Notes: a model not told the origin generated them from the sequence alone. DNA of 32,000 nucleotides from Candidatus Heimdallarchaeota archaeon (GCA_030149205.1 JASBSB010000008.1:90001-122000), one strand, 5' to 3'; positions 8,937 to 17,985 are shown, numbered from the stretch's first letter. A program made the numbers and translations.

Positions 8937-10222
8937 AAGTTTGTCACCACCTCAGAAATTTTATCAAGAGTCCAATTAAGAATTTTAGAACTATGAGCTG
9001 TAGACAGAAATGATACCTCGAATGGACTCGGTGGCAAATAAACTCCTTGTTTCAACAACTTTTTGTGAAAGACTTTATATTTGTCTTGTGCGTCGATTCC
9101 AAGCTGCTCTGGCTTAAAAATTGTCCTATTTTCTTGAAATACAATCCAAAGAATGCTTGCAAGAGATACAACACCAGCTTGAATCGAATTATCCGCAAAA
9201 ATTGAATCTAATGCCTTTGCGTAATCTTCAGATTTTTTATCTAACTCTCTGTAAACATTTCCATTTTGATCTGACAAAATTTCTAGCGTGGTTAATCCAG
9301 CACTCATCGCCACCGGATTACCACTCAATGTACCTGCTTGATACACTGGACCAAGCGGAGCAATGTAACTCATTAAGTCAGCTCTTCCTCCGTAGGCACC
9401 TACAGGAAATCCTCCACCTATAATCTTTCCAAAGGTAACAATATCTGGATATAGGTTGTAATATCCTGTAGCTCCAGCCAGTCCAATCCTAAATCCAGTA
9501 ATGACCTCATCAAGAATAAACATAGATCCATATTCTTTACAATGAGATTGAATTTCATGCATAAATGTACTAGATTGAACTAACAATCCGTTATTTGCTG
9601 GAACGCCTTCAATAATCACTGCTGCTATATCTTCCCCGAACTTTTCAAAGAGAGCTTTCAACTTGTCTGAATCACCTAATGGTAGAACAAGAGTTTCAGA
9701 AGAGACTGAGGAAGGAACTCCTGCACTTGAACTCAATCCAATTGTAGCCAAACCGCTTCCGGCTTTTACAAGCATAGAATCTGCGTGCCCATGGTAAGTT
9801 CCCTCAAATTTTACAATGTATCGTCTATTTGTGTACCCCCTTGCCAATCTGATGGCAGACATGACAGCCTCTGTTCCACTATTCACAAAACGGATCCAAT
9901 CGGTAGAAGGATGAAGCTCAATAATTTTCTCTGCGAGTTCGACTTCAATACGAGAAGAGGTACCATAGGTTAACCCATTTTTAATCTGCTTCTCCACTGC
10001 CTTAATTACTCGCTGATCTGAATGACCCAAAATTAGAGGACCGAAACTCATGCAATAATCAATGTATTGCTGACCTTCCACATCTACTAAAGTTGTTTCA
10101 TAACTCTTTTCTATAAACAAAGGATCACCATCTACAGAGTTTAAAGCTCTCACAGGTGAAGATACACCTCCAGGCATTACTTTGCGAGCCCGTTGTTTAA
10201 TGTCATTTAATCTTTCAACCAT
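8933..10222 (-). CDS. hemL: Glutamate-1-semialdehyde 2,1-aminomutase
   Basis: MPGGVSSPVRA, RFVNSGTEA, KFEGTYHGH, ILDEVITGFR, the PLP lysine in TFGKIIGGG, and YQAGTLSGNP. Confidence 0.97.
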   Translation of the reverse strand: MVERLNDIKQRARKVMPGGVSSPVRALNSVDGDPLFIEKSYETTLVDVEGQQYIDYCMSFGPLILGHSDQRVIKAVEKQIKNGLTYGTSSRIEVELAEKIIELHPSTDWIRFVNSGTEAVMSAIRLARGYTNRRYIVKFEGTYHGHADSMLVKAGSGLATIGLSSSAGVPSSVSSETLVLPLGDSDKLKALFEKFGEDIAAVIIEGVPANNGLLVQSSTFMHEIQSHCKEYGSMFILDEVITGFRIGLAGATGYYNLYPDIVTFGKIIGGGFPVGAYGGRADLMSYIAPLGPVYQAGTLSGNPVAMSAGLTTLEILSDQNGNVYRELDKKSEDYAKALDSIFADNSIQAGVVSLASILWIVFQENRTIFKPEQLGIDAQDKYKVFHKKLLKQGVYLPPSPFEVSFLSTAHSSKILNWTLDKISEVVTNL

Positions 10223-11184
10223 TGATTTTTCACCAGATCCTCTGCATGATATGTAATAATCATATCTGCACCCGCCCTCCTCATAGCCGTTAAATTTTCA
10301 AGAACTATTGATTTTTCCTCAAATAGCCCTGCTTTTACTGCCACTTTGACCATAGAATATTCTCCACTGACATTATAGGTATAAAGCGGTAAGTTTGTCA
10401 TTTGACGGGCTTGTTGGATAATGTCAAGGAAAGCAAGGGCAGGTTTGACCATCACCGCGTCTGCTCCTTGCTCTCCATCAGCTAAGACCTCAGAAAGTGC
10501 TAACCTCCTGTTACGAATATCAATTTGATAACTTTTTCTGTCTCCAAAACTTGGTGAACTTTCAGCTGCATCTCGAAAAGGTCCATAATATGAGCTAGAA
10601 TATTTGGCAGAATAACTCAAGATTGAGCGGTCAGTATAACCATTTTCATCAAGAGCTTGACGAAGAGAGCGAACTCTAAGATCCAGCATGTTACTAGGTG
10701 CCAACCAATCTGCTCCGGCTTGAGCATAAACTAGACCAGCTTTTGCATACAAATCAAGAGATTTATCATTGTTTACTGAGCTATCCGAATCAAGGATACC
10801 ACAGTGACCATGTGATGTGTATTCACAGAGGCAAACATCAGCATATAACTCAATGGAGCGACCGTAAGCCTCCTTTAGTAATCTTAGAGCAGAAGGGACC
10901 GGTCCTTTTTCATCGTAGGCTGATGAACCAACCTCATCTTTATTTTTGGGAATTCCAAATAAAATATAATGTCTTAATCCATCATTTTGAAGTTTATCAA
11001 TATATTCAGATGCAAGTTCTGGACTCATTTTGTATATTCCGGGCATAGATTGGATTTCTTTTTTTACACCTTTACCTTCAGTTATGAAAAGCGGATAAAC
11101 AAGGTGCTTATAACTTAAATCGGTTTCTGCTAATGACTCTCTGAGAGTTTGGCTTCTCTTATATCTTCTAAATCTGTAATTCAT
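10207..11184 (-). CDS. hemB: Porphobilinogen synthase (Zn-dependent ALA dehydratase)
   Basis: Zn-binding DVCLCEYTSHGHCG, SYSAKYSSSYYGPFRDAA, MVKPAL, YNVSGEY. Confidence 0.97.
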   Translation of the reverse strand: MNYRFRRYKRSQTLRESLAETDLSYKHLVYPLFITEGKGVKKEIQSMPGIYKMSPELASEYIDKLQNDGLRHYILFGIPKNKDEVGSSAYDEKGPVPSALRLLKEAYGRSIELYADVCLCEYTSHGHCGILDSDSSVNNDKSLDLYAKAGLVYAQAGADWLAPSNMLDLRVRSLRQALDENGYTDRSILSYSAKYSSSYYGPFRDAAESSPSFGDRKSYQIDIRNRRLALSEVLADGEQGADAVMVKPALAFLDIIQQARQMTNLPLYTYNVSGEYSMVKVAVKAGLFEEKSIVLENLTAMRRAGADMIITYHAEDLVKNQWLKD

Positions 11185-12787
11185 AAGTTTCTAACTCCTT
11201 TTTTAATGTGTTAACTATACCTTCCACAGTTGGAGACTCTGCCATTTTTGATTTGATTCCAAGTTCATCCAGTTGACTTTGAACTGATTTCCCAATTACA
11301 ATCCAATTGAACTTAGAAGATTTTTCCAGGGAATTAATTACATGTAAGACCCCTTTAGTTGAAAATCCAACAATATAATCTGGTTCAAATGGTAATTCAA
11401 CACTCAGATATTTAGTTGAATAGACTTTAAAATGATCAACGTACTCAAAGGGTGATACAGTGTAAGACTCACCTGAAAAATATACCACTTTATCTTTAGT
11501 GCTTAACACTTCCTTCAAATGAAGTTGTAATTCACTCATCCCATTTAAGGAAACAATATTGACAGGAAATCCATTTTTTCTTAAAATTTCACTTGTCCTA
11601 TAACCAACAGCAGCTACTTTGAATTTAGACTTTGGAAACTGTTGTTGTAGTTTATTCAAAAATGGAATTGCATGCTTACTGGATATAATTACCCAGTTTG
11701 CGGATTTCCAAGATTGAATCACATTTGAATTATTGAGTAACGAATAATTAGTTTCATACTCAATGATTTTTAAATTTGAAGCCATGTAACCTAAATTTAC
11801 GGCTTCAGAAATGTATGGAGCAGCTGTTTCATCGTCAGTCAAGAATAAAATTGAATTTCCATTATTTTTAGAATCTGATGTTCTTGAATCCATGTTTTCA
11901 CTGGCTATGAATTTTAAGAAGCGGTTTTTTAGAGCATTAATTGTATTATCTTGAAGTAAAATTCTATTGAAATTAGAAGTACCAATAGATTCAAGGTAAT
12001 AGGTGGATGAGAGTTGAATTTCACTGTCCCCAACATTTGTTATCGATATCCCAACTCCACTATCACATCCACCAAGAAACTGTCCTAACAATTCCCTCTC
12101 AACCTTAGTTATGAGAAAGCTATCTTCATCACCGATCTCTCTCAATTCAGAATACTCACCTTTTCTTACTTGAACCGCAATAGCAGATTGTCCAGGAGAT
12201 GTTGGGAATCTGTCAAGGGGGAGAATTATCATCTGAATGTTCTTAGCAATTTTTAGAACTATTCTGTCAAAAACAGCTGCAGACATAACTAATCCATCGA
12301 TATATTCTGTTTCAAGTTGTTTCACTCTTGTATGAACATTTCCTCTAATATCAAGTGGGATAATCGTTGGATCTAGAGCTTTTAGTTGGCTTCTTCTACG
12401 AATTGAACCTGTGGCTATTCTTGAAAATTTTCTTATTTTTAAAGGTGATGTTGATAATAAGTTATCAGATTTAATCAACAGAACATCATTTGGAGTGTCA
12501 CGCTTTAGAACAGTAACTATTTCTAACTCATCTGGTTGTTCTAAGGGTAAATCTTTCAAACTATGAACTGCTATGTCAATCTTACCTTCCAGTAATTCTT
12601 GCTCCAATCTGCTTGTAAATACACCCTGTCCTCGGAAGCTTGAGATGGGGGAAACCAAATCAATATCACCCTTACTTGAGATTCCTTTAATCGTAACTTC
12701 TTGGTTGAGCTTATTGATAATGGCATCTTTAACCATTTTAGCCTGAATTAAGGCTAATTCGCTCTTTCTGGTTCCTATACTGATCAA
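11168..12787 (-). CDS. hemC: Fused hydroxymethylbilane synthase (HemC) + uroporphyrinogen III synthase (HemD-like C-terminal domain)
   Basis: N-terminal ~290 aa: GTRKSELALIQA, DIAVHSLKDLP, GSIRRRSQL, RGNVHTR, PGQSAIAV and the cofactor Cys in GGCD. C-terminal ~230 aa: WVIISSKHAI, VAAVGYRTSEIL, VYFSGE, WIVIGKSV and AESPTVEGIV, all HemD-like. TTG start overlaps the hemA stop (TTGA), with SD GAGGAGG upstream. Confidence 0.9.
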   Translation of the reverse strand: MISIGTRKSELALIQAKMVKDAIINKLNQEVTIKGISSKGDIDLVSPISSFRGQGVFTSRLEQELLEGKIDIAVHSLKDLPLEQPDELEIVTVLKRDTPNDVLLIKSDNLLSTSPLKIRKFSRIATGSIRRRSQLKALDPTIIPLDIRGNVHTRVKQLETEYIDGLVMSAAVFDRIVLKIAKNIQMIILPLDRFPTSPGQSAIAVQVRKGEYSELREIGDEDSFLITKVERELLGQFLGGCDSGVGISITNVGDSEIQLSSTYYLESIGTSNFNRILLQDNTINALKNRFLKFIASENMDSRTSDSKNNGNSILFLTDDETAAPYISEAVNLGYMASNLKIIEYETNYSLLNNSNVIQSWKSANWVIISSKHAIPFLNKLQQQFPKSKFKVAAVGYRTSEILRKNGFPVNIVSLNGMSELQLHLKEVLSTKDKVVYFSGESYTVSPFEYVDHFKVYSTKYLSVELPFEPDYIVGFSTKGVLHVINSLEKSSKFNWIVIGKSVQSQLDELGIKSKMAESPTVEGIVNTLKKELETYELQI

Positions 12788-13917
12788 TTAGAATAGACCT
12801 CCTCATCAAGCACATCTTCAAACCTTTTTTGTGAGATGTACATTATCTCGTTAACAAATTTCTCAAAGTTCCGTTTTGCCTTCTTATCTTCTTTTAAAAA
12901 TAAACCCATTCTTTGTTCGGCAACAACTTTTACATCTGACCTAAAACTTTTCCAAAATTCAGATTTTGAGAGTCTTTGATACTCTTTCAGAATTTTCAAA
13001 AGCTCATCATCCAACATTTCCCTAATTCCACGGAACTCACCATCATCATCAAAGTTTCTAGAAAGAGAAAGCAAGGATTCCATTGAAAAGACATTAATAT
13101 TCTCCAGATCCTTAATTTCTGGATGACAGTTTCTAGGGAGACCAAAATCAAATATTAGTTTCTCAGAGTTTAAAGGAAAGTCAGAAGAATAAACAAATGG
13201 TGTCTCTGCACGTGTGGTATAGAAAAGAACTGGATGATTAGGGACAGAATTATAAGATTCAGCCCGGTAACCCTCCAATTCAAGACCCAATCTATTTTCT
13301 GTTCTTGTATAAACTGTAATGTTATCATTCAATTCTTTAAGATGGTGAACAATTATCTCAGCCATCTTTCCCGTTCCCACAACACCTAGAGAAGAAGCTT
13401 GTTTAATTTGCTGTTCAAAATTTGATGCAACAAAATAAATTGTAGATTTTTTTGCATAAGATAAAATTGTGGAAGACCTTAGACGCTTTCCCGTACGAAT
13501 TACCATTTGCATTAAGCGCTTCAAGTCACCACTCATGTAAGGCTCTGATTCAGTATACGCTGTTTTGAATTGATGTTGAATCTGGTCTTCCCCAATAACC
13601 AATGAATCAAGTGAAGAGATAACCTCAAGTAAGTGCTCTAATCCCTGTTTTCCTTGTAATTGTTCACAGCTTTGCAAATCTTTCCAATGGTTAAATTTAC
13701 GGAGCCTTTCAAGATATTGTTCTGATTGTTCTTTATCTGAATTTAACGTTACAAGTAAAACCCTTTGACAAGTGTTCAGGTAAAAAAAATTTCCGAATAC
13801 CTTGTGAATCTCCTTCAAATATTGAGCTCTGTTCTCAGATGGTAGAATCACTTTTTCAACATCCTCAATGCTACATCTCCCCAGCCTCCACGACAGAACC
13901 AAAAGAGGAAAATCCAT
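12784..13917 (-). CDS. hemA: Glutamyl-tRNA reductase (divergent, 377 aa)
   Basis: LNTCQRV (catalytic Cys), LDSLVIGEDQI, NADPH-binding GVVGTGKMA, FDFGLPRN. Start moved from the ORF-track 14058 to ATG 13917 (MDFPLLVLSW), which lies 1 nt after the hemH stop with SD GGAGG. The longer start would overlap hemH by 140 bp. Confidence 0.88.
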   Translation of the reverse strand: MDFPLLVLSWRLGRCSIEDVEKVILPSENRAQYLKEIHKVFGNFFYLNTCQRVLLVTLNSDKEQSEQYLERLRKFNHWKDLQSCEQLQGKQGLEHLLEVISSLDSLVIGEDQIQHQFKTAYTESEPYMSGDLKRLMQMVIRTGKRLRSSTILSYAKKSTIYFVASNFEQQIKQASSLGVVGTGKMAEIIVHHLKELNDNITVYTRTENRLGLELEGYRAESYNSVPNHPVLFYTTRAETPFVYSSDFPLNSEKLIFDFGLPRNCHPEIKDLENINVFSMESLLSLSRNFDDDGEFRGIREMLDDELLKILKEYQRLSKSEFWKSFRSDVKVVAEQRMGLFLKEDKKAKRNFEKFVNEIMYISQKRFEDVLDEEVYSN

Positions 13918-13918
13918 C

Positions 13919-14941
13919 TCAATTTTCCTCCAAGTAACCTTGCAAAAATTGGGCAACTTTGTTTGCGTAATCATCATCATCATTTGGAACTGAGACTCGA
14001 ACATAGTTCCGAACACCATATTTCTTGGCCAAGTCACCATATAAGATATCAATCTCATACAAGGTTTCTACATGGTCTGAAACGAATCCTAGGGGAACCA
14101 TAATGATTGTAGAAGGAGATGTTTTCGAAATTTCCTCTACGGTTTTATCTGTGTAAGGTCTTAACCAAGGAAGAGGTCCAACCTTACTTTGGTAAGAAAG
14201 ATGAAAGCTAATCTGATTTTTGTATTCTCCTAATCCATCGATTATAAGTTGTTTAGCCTCTTCTATCCTTCTGGGATATTGTTCACCACGATCTACATAT
14301 TTTTGTGGTAACCCATGAGCAGAAAATACCACGTGAACATTTTTATCCATCACCATCCCATCTTTCTGGAATTGTGTAAGTTTATTCTTAATCTCATCAC
14401 TCCACCAGTCGATGTAAAAACCCTGTGTTGTCCAATCATCAATTTCTGTTATTGTCAAATGTGAAGTATTTTCTTGTGTTTCTAGAAACCTATAAAAATC
14501 ATTGAAACTAGAACCTGTAGTTGCAGAAGCATAGTGTGGGTATTGAGAAAATAACAAGATGTGGTCATACCCATTTGTAATTTGTGATTTTAACTCCTCA
14601 ACTCTCGGATAAGTATATCTCATAACAACTTGAGTATCCACATCTAATCCAGATTCAACTAAGTTTGATTTAACTTTATTCGCCAATGATTCAGTGATAA
14701 GAAGAATAGGACTTCCATTCCCAATTTGACCGTACATATGACGTGTTCCCTTTGATCTGAATATTGAAACCATTTTTCCAAACTGTTTTTGAAAGAGGTT
14801 CATAGGAAAAGGGAGTTGGATCATGTCCTTATCTTCAAAAATATTTTGAAGGAATTTAGGGATATCTTCAAGTGTCTCAGGTCCACCCATATTTAGAAAT
14901 AAAATTAAAGTCTTCTTTTTACTAGATCCTAGACCACTCAT
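13919..14941 (-). CDS. hemH: Ferrochelatase (protoporphyrin ferrochelatase-type), first gene of hem operon
   Basis: LNMGGPETLEDI, GSPI, MRYTYP, QYPHYASATTGSS, FSAHGLP, YQSKVGPLPWLRPYT, VPLGFVSDHVETLYEID. Confidence 0.96.
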   Translation of the reverse strand: MSGLGSSKKKTLILFLNMGGPETLEDIPKFLQNIFEDKDMIQLPFPMNLFQKQFGKMVSIFRSKGTRHMYGQIGNGSPILLITESLANKVKSNLVESGLDVDTQVVMRYTYPRVEELKSQITNGYDHILLFSQYPHYASATTGSSFNDFYRFLETQENTSHLTITEIDDWTTQGFYIDWWSDEIKNKLTQFQKDGMVMDKNVHVVFSAHGLPQKYVDRGEQYPRRIEEAKQLIIDGLGEYKNQISFHLSYQSKVGPLPWLRPYTDKTVEEISKTSPSTIIMVPLGFVSDHVETLYEIDILYGDLAKKYGVRNYVRVSVPNDDDDYANKVAQFLQGYLEEN

Positions 14942-14970
14942 AAAGCTCTAGACTTTATACCACATTTAAC

Positions 14971-14977
14971 TTTAAAA
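14971..14977 (-). promoter_or_regulatory. Putative TATA box of hem operon
   Basis: Minus-strand TTTTAAA ending 29 nt before the hemH ATG, which fits archaeal spacing for a leaderless or short-leader mRNA. AT-rich context, so only moderately specific. Confidence 0.45.
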
Positions 14978-14990
14978 GGAATAGTTTCTT

Positions 14991-15004
14991 TGATTCCGGA
15001 ATCA
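14991..15004. promoter_or_regulatory. Perfect 14-bp palindrome TGATTCCGGAATCA, candidate transcription-factor site
   Basis: Exact self-reverse-complement with a GC-rich core in an AT-rich intergenic region, 13 nt upstream of the putative TATA box. Confidence 0.5.
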
Positions 15005-15196
15005 CCTGAACCTTTGTGGTTACGAAAAAATAAAGAGATTTTCATCTTTAATATTGAAAACATAAAGTAATTGTCTGTGGAATTAATATTCATTAAACTA
15101 AACATTTAACATTATAGTTTGGTTATCTTAAAGAAAAGATCAAAATAAATAGTCACTTATTTATTTTATCGCTCAGCGTCAGTCAAATCACAGGGT

Positions 15197-15487
15197 GTGG
15201 TCACAGTTTTAGGTGAACAGAGAAATATAAATACAGAGAATAAAAAATTGAATGAAGTAGAAGCAGAACAGGGAGAAAAAGAACAGATTATACCTCTCCA
15301 GCAACTAAAAGATCGAGACCTTTCCATAATTAAATTTAAGCAGTATCAACCAAATAATTTGCATCAATTCCAAAACACACCAGATCAGAAGAAATTTTCA
15401 AACAAGAGAAAAAATATTGCTAACCTAAGCAGACCTGTGTCATTGAAGTCAGTGATATTTAAGCTCGTGAGTGAGGTGAATATTTGA
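15197..15487 (+). CDS. Possible small hypothetical protein
   Basis: 96-aa purine-rich ORF with GTG start whose stop overlaps the next TTG start (TTGA). No recognisable motif, so it may be spurious. Confidence 0.3.
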   Translation: MVTVLGEQRNINTENKKLNEVEAEQGEKEQIIPLQQLKDRDLSIIKFKQYQPNNLHQFQNTPDQKKFSNKRKNIANLSRPVSLKSVIFKLVSEVNI

Positions 15488-16638
15488 AATTATCAGAGAA
15501 AAATAAACTGTTATTAGTCTCGATACTAGTAATTTCCCTTACCACAGGCTCTATTGGATCATTTCCGGGGATAATTTATTTTTATGGACATCTCGGTCCC
15601 GTCATCTTCGCTGTATGGAGCCCAGATGGGTCAACGATAGTCTCCGGGGGTGCGGATACAAATATAATCATTTGGGACGTTAAAAACTCTTCATCAAGCA
15701 CTGGCCTCTATAAATCACCATTTATGGATGATTTTAGAGGGGACCCAATTTCAGGGTTAGCTTGGTCACCAAATGGGACTTATCTCGCGGGTATGAGCTG
15801 GAAAGATGGATTACATATCTGGAATGAAAGCTACCACAAAAAGACCACTTTTCATCCTGCTGGTTACTCCTTTAGTGCTATGTCGTGGTTTGAAGGTGGC
15901 TTTCTGCTTGGGTTACTGGTGGGCGAGAATCGAGTTAACCCATATTTATCACTGAACGCAATCCTTGCAAGACCTAACTTGATAAATGGGAGTATATCTC
16001 CAATCCTGAAAACAAATGCCACAATCTTAGACATCAAGGTGAACAGAAACAATCAGGTGGCACTGCTCTTGAAAAACAGCACGGTTGTCACCATAATTGG
16101 CACCCAGCAACAATCCTATGTGTTCCAGCACATGCCGAAGGCAATCGAATGGGACAATCAAACCTTGGTAGTTAGTGTTCGCAACGAGATACGGTTTTTT
16201 GATGGCAAAAACACGGTGTTGAAGAACTCAAAAGATGTGACCGCTTTCGCCTTTAATTCCAACCACTCTGAGCTGATTCTTGGAGATGACAGAGGAGTGG
16301 TAAGTGTCTGGAACAAAACAGACCTCACGAAGAAACTAGAATTTAAGACACCATCTTATAGAATTCACAACTTTGATTGGAGAGGTTCCTCAGTGTTGAT
16401 CACAAGCAGTAATTCAAGTTTTTTCCTGTATTCGACCAGCAATGGGACACTGTTGGATTCTTATGGAGGTGTTCTGAGTTCCATTCCTGGTTCCCATTAC
16501 CCTGTGGGACAATATCTTGATTACCCCTTTGTCTCAATTCTATTAATTTTTGTTCTTATCATTCCAATTATGAAACGAAGAAAACTTTTGCATACAATCA
16601 ATCGAAGGTCTTACAAAAATATCTCTGAACTAAATTAA
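15484..16638 (+). CDS. Membrane-anchored/secreted WD40 beta-propeller protein
   Basis: N-terminal hydrophobic segment (LLLVSILVISL). WD40 motifs GHLGPVIFAVWSPDGSTIVSGGADTNIIIWD, ISGLAWSPNGTYLA...LHIWN and LILGDDRGVVSVWN. C-terminal TM helix + KRRK. SD GAGGTGA before the TTG. Confidence 0.85.
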   Translation: MKLSEKNKLLLVSILVISLTTGSIGSFPGIIYFYGHLGPVIFAVWSPDGSTIVSGGADTNIIIWDVKNSSSSTGLYKSPFMDDFRGDPISGLAWSPNGTYLAGMSWKDGLHIWNESYHKKTTFHPAGYSFSAMSWFEGGFLLGLLVGENRVNPYLSLNAILARPNLINGSISPILKTNATILDIKVNRNNQVALLLKNSTVVTIIGTQQQSYVFQHMPKAIEWDNQTLVVSVRNEIRFFDGKNTVLKNSKDVTAFAFNSNHSELILGDDRGVVSVWNKTDLTKKLEFKTPSYRIHNFDWRGSSVLITSSNSSFFLYSTSNGTLLDSYGGVLSSIPGSHYPVGQYLDYPFVSILLIFVLIIPIMKRRKLLHTINRRSYKNISELN

Positions 16639-16655
16639 GAATTACATTAAATCAA

Positions 16656-17786
16656 TTATTGAAGTAGATGCTCTTGAATATACTCCTCCAATTTCTGTAA
16701 CCCCTCTGTAAAGTTCTTCCTCCCAAAGCCAATTCGAAAGTGCTTGTTTCCAAAGAAATATGTTGTACTTGGAAGTAATACCACTCCCTTCTTCTGTATT
16801 AAGTCTAAACAGAAAGATTCTACATCTTCTGTAAAATGACATTTGACAAACCCTATGGTTCCAGCCTTTGGTTCTGTCCATGAGAATAATGAACTATGCT
16901 TTGAAATAAACTTCTTGAATTCTTTTAAATTTTCTCTTATTATCTGTAAATTTCTTTGAAGTAAATTATTGTAATTAGATAAAGCCTGAATGGCGAGATA
17001 CTCAGATGGAGCACTGTTGCAAATTGTGGTATAATCCTTAAAGATGGCAAGTTGATCTAATATTTCTTTAGACTGAGTCGCAATCCATCCAATTCGCAAA
17101 CCAGGTAAGCCTAGTGGTTTGGAGAGAACGCCAAGTGATAAGGCGTGACTGTACAGGTCTGCAAAAGGAGGAATTCTATCCTTTTGATCATATTCACCCA
17201 ACCTGTAGACCTCATCTGCAAAGATAATTAAGTCATGATTGCGTGCTATCCGAATTAGCTCCAATTGTTCTTTCTGAGTCAAATGAAAACCAGTTGGGTT
17301 ATTCGGTGTGTTGATCATGATGACCCGAGTGTTAGTTTTGATCTGATCTTCTAATTCTTTAAAATTCATCTTCCACCCCTCATTTTCATGCATTTTCCAA
17401 TAAGAAACCTCGACCTTATTTGCCTTTGCAACCTCGAAAAGTGATTGATAACATGGAAATTGAACAATAAGATGATCGCCCTCTGTTAGAATACCTGCCA
17501 TAAAGGCGAATATTCCTTCTTCAGCACCTGAAAATGAAAGAATGTTTTCGGATTCGAGGTTTTCATAAAATTGAGCAATTTGTTCTAGCAACAAGGGATT
17601 ACCCTGTGATTCAGTATAAGAGAGCTTTAAATCTAAAAATCCCTGAAGGTTCTCATCATATTCTCCTGAGTTTGACAATATTTCAGAAATGGTAAATGAT
17701 TCAGCATCTGAACCACTTAACATATATGGGGCGTTAAACTCATGTTTGGCATAGAACCGCTCAATTTCAAACATTTGAATTTTCAT
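16656..17786 (-). CDS. PLP-dependent aminotransferase class I/II
   Basis: GAEEGI, INTPNNPTG, FADEVY, the PLP lysine in LSKPLGLPGLRIGW, and HFRIGFG. The N-terminus (FEIERFYAKHEF..LSGSD) matches a common uncharacterised subfamily. Confidence 0.92.
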   Translation of the reverse strand: MKIQMFEIERFYAKHEFNAPYMLSGSDAESFTISEILSNSGEYDENLQGFLDLKLSYTESQGNPLLLEQIAQFYENLESENILSFSGAEEGIFAFMAGILTEGDHLIVQFPCYQSLFEVAKANKVEVSYWKMHENEGWKMNFKELEDQIKTNTRVIMINTPNNPTGFHLTQKEQLELIRIARNHDLIIFADEVYRLGEYDQKDRIPPFADLYSHALSLGVLSKPLGLPGLRIGWIATQSKEILDQLAIFKDYTTICNSAPSEYLAIQALSNYNNLLQRNLQIIRENLKEFKKFISKHSSLFSWTEPKAGTIGFVKCHFTEDVESFCLDLIQKKGVVLLPSTTYFFGNKHFRIGFGRKNFTEGLQKLEEYIQEHLLQ

Positions 17787-17985
17787 GATAGTTTTTCTAT
17801 TAAGTAACTAAGTACCTTTCTATGGAATTACATATGATATGTTATCTCAACTTAACTTTAAAACCAAATACTAATTATTCAGAATGATAAAAAAAACACT
17901 TATTTTATTAATTTGATTTATAATATAACAATAATATTATAGAATCGTCTTGAATTAGTTCAAAGTTTCGCAACTAACTTCTATA

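Noticed and set aside
1227-13000. Short ORFs at 1227, 1375, 1401, 1657, 5832, 6063, 6727, 9121, 9785 and 10698
   Set aside because: All lie inside or antisense to well-supported genes and have no motifs.
13918-14058. N-terminal 47-aa extension of hemA in the ORF track
   Set aside because: Overlaps hemH coding sequence in another frame. ATG 13917 has an SD and the coupling geometry typical of this operon.
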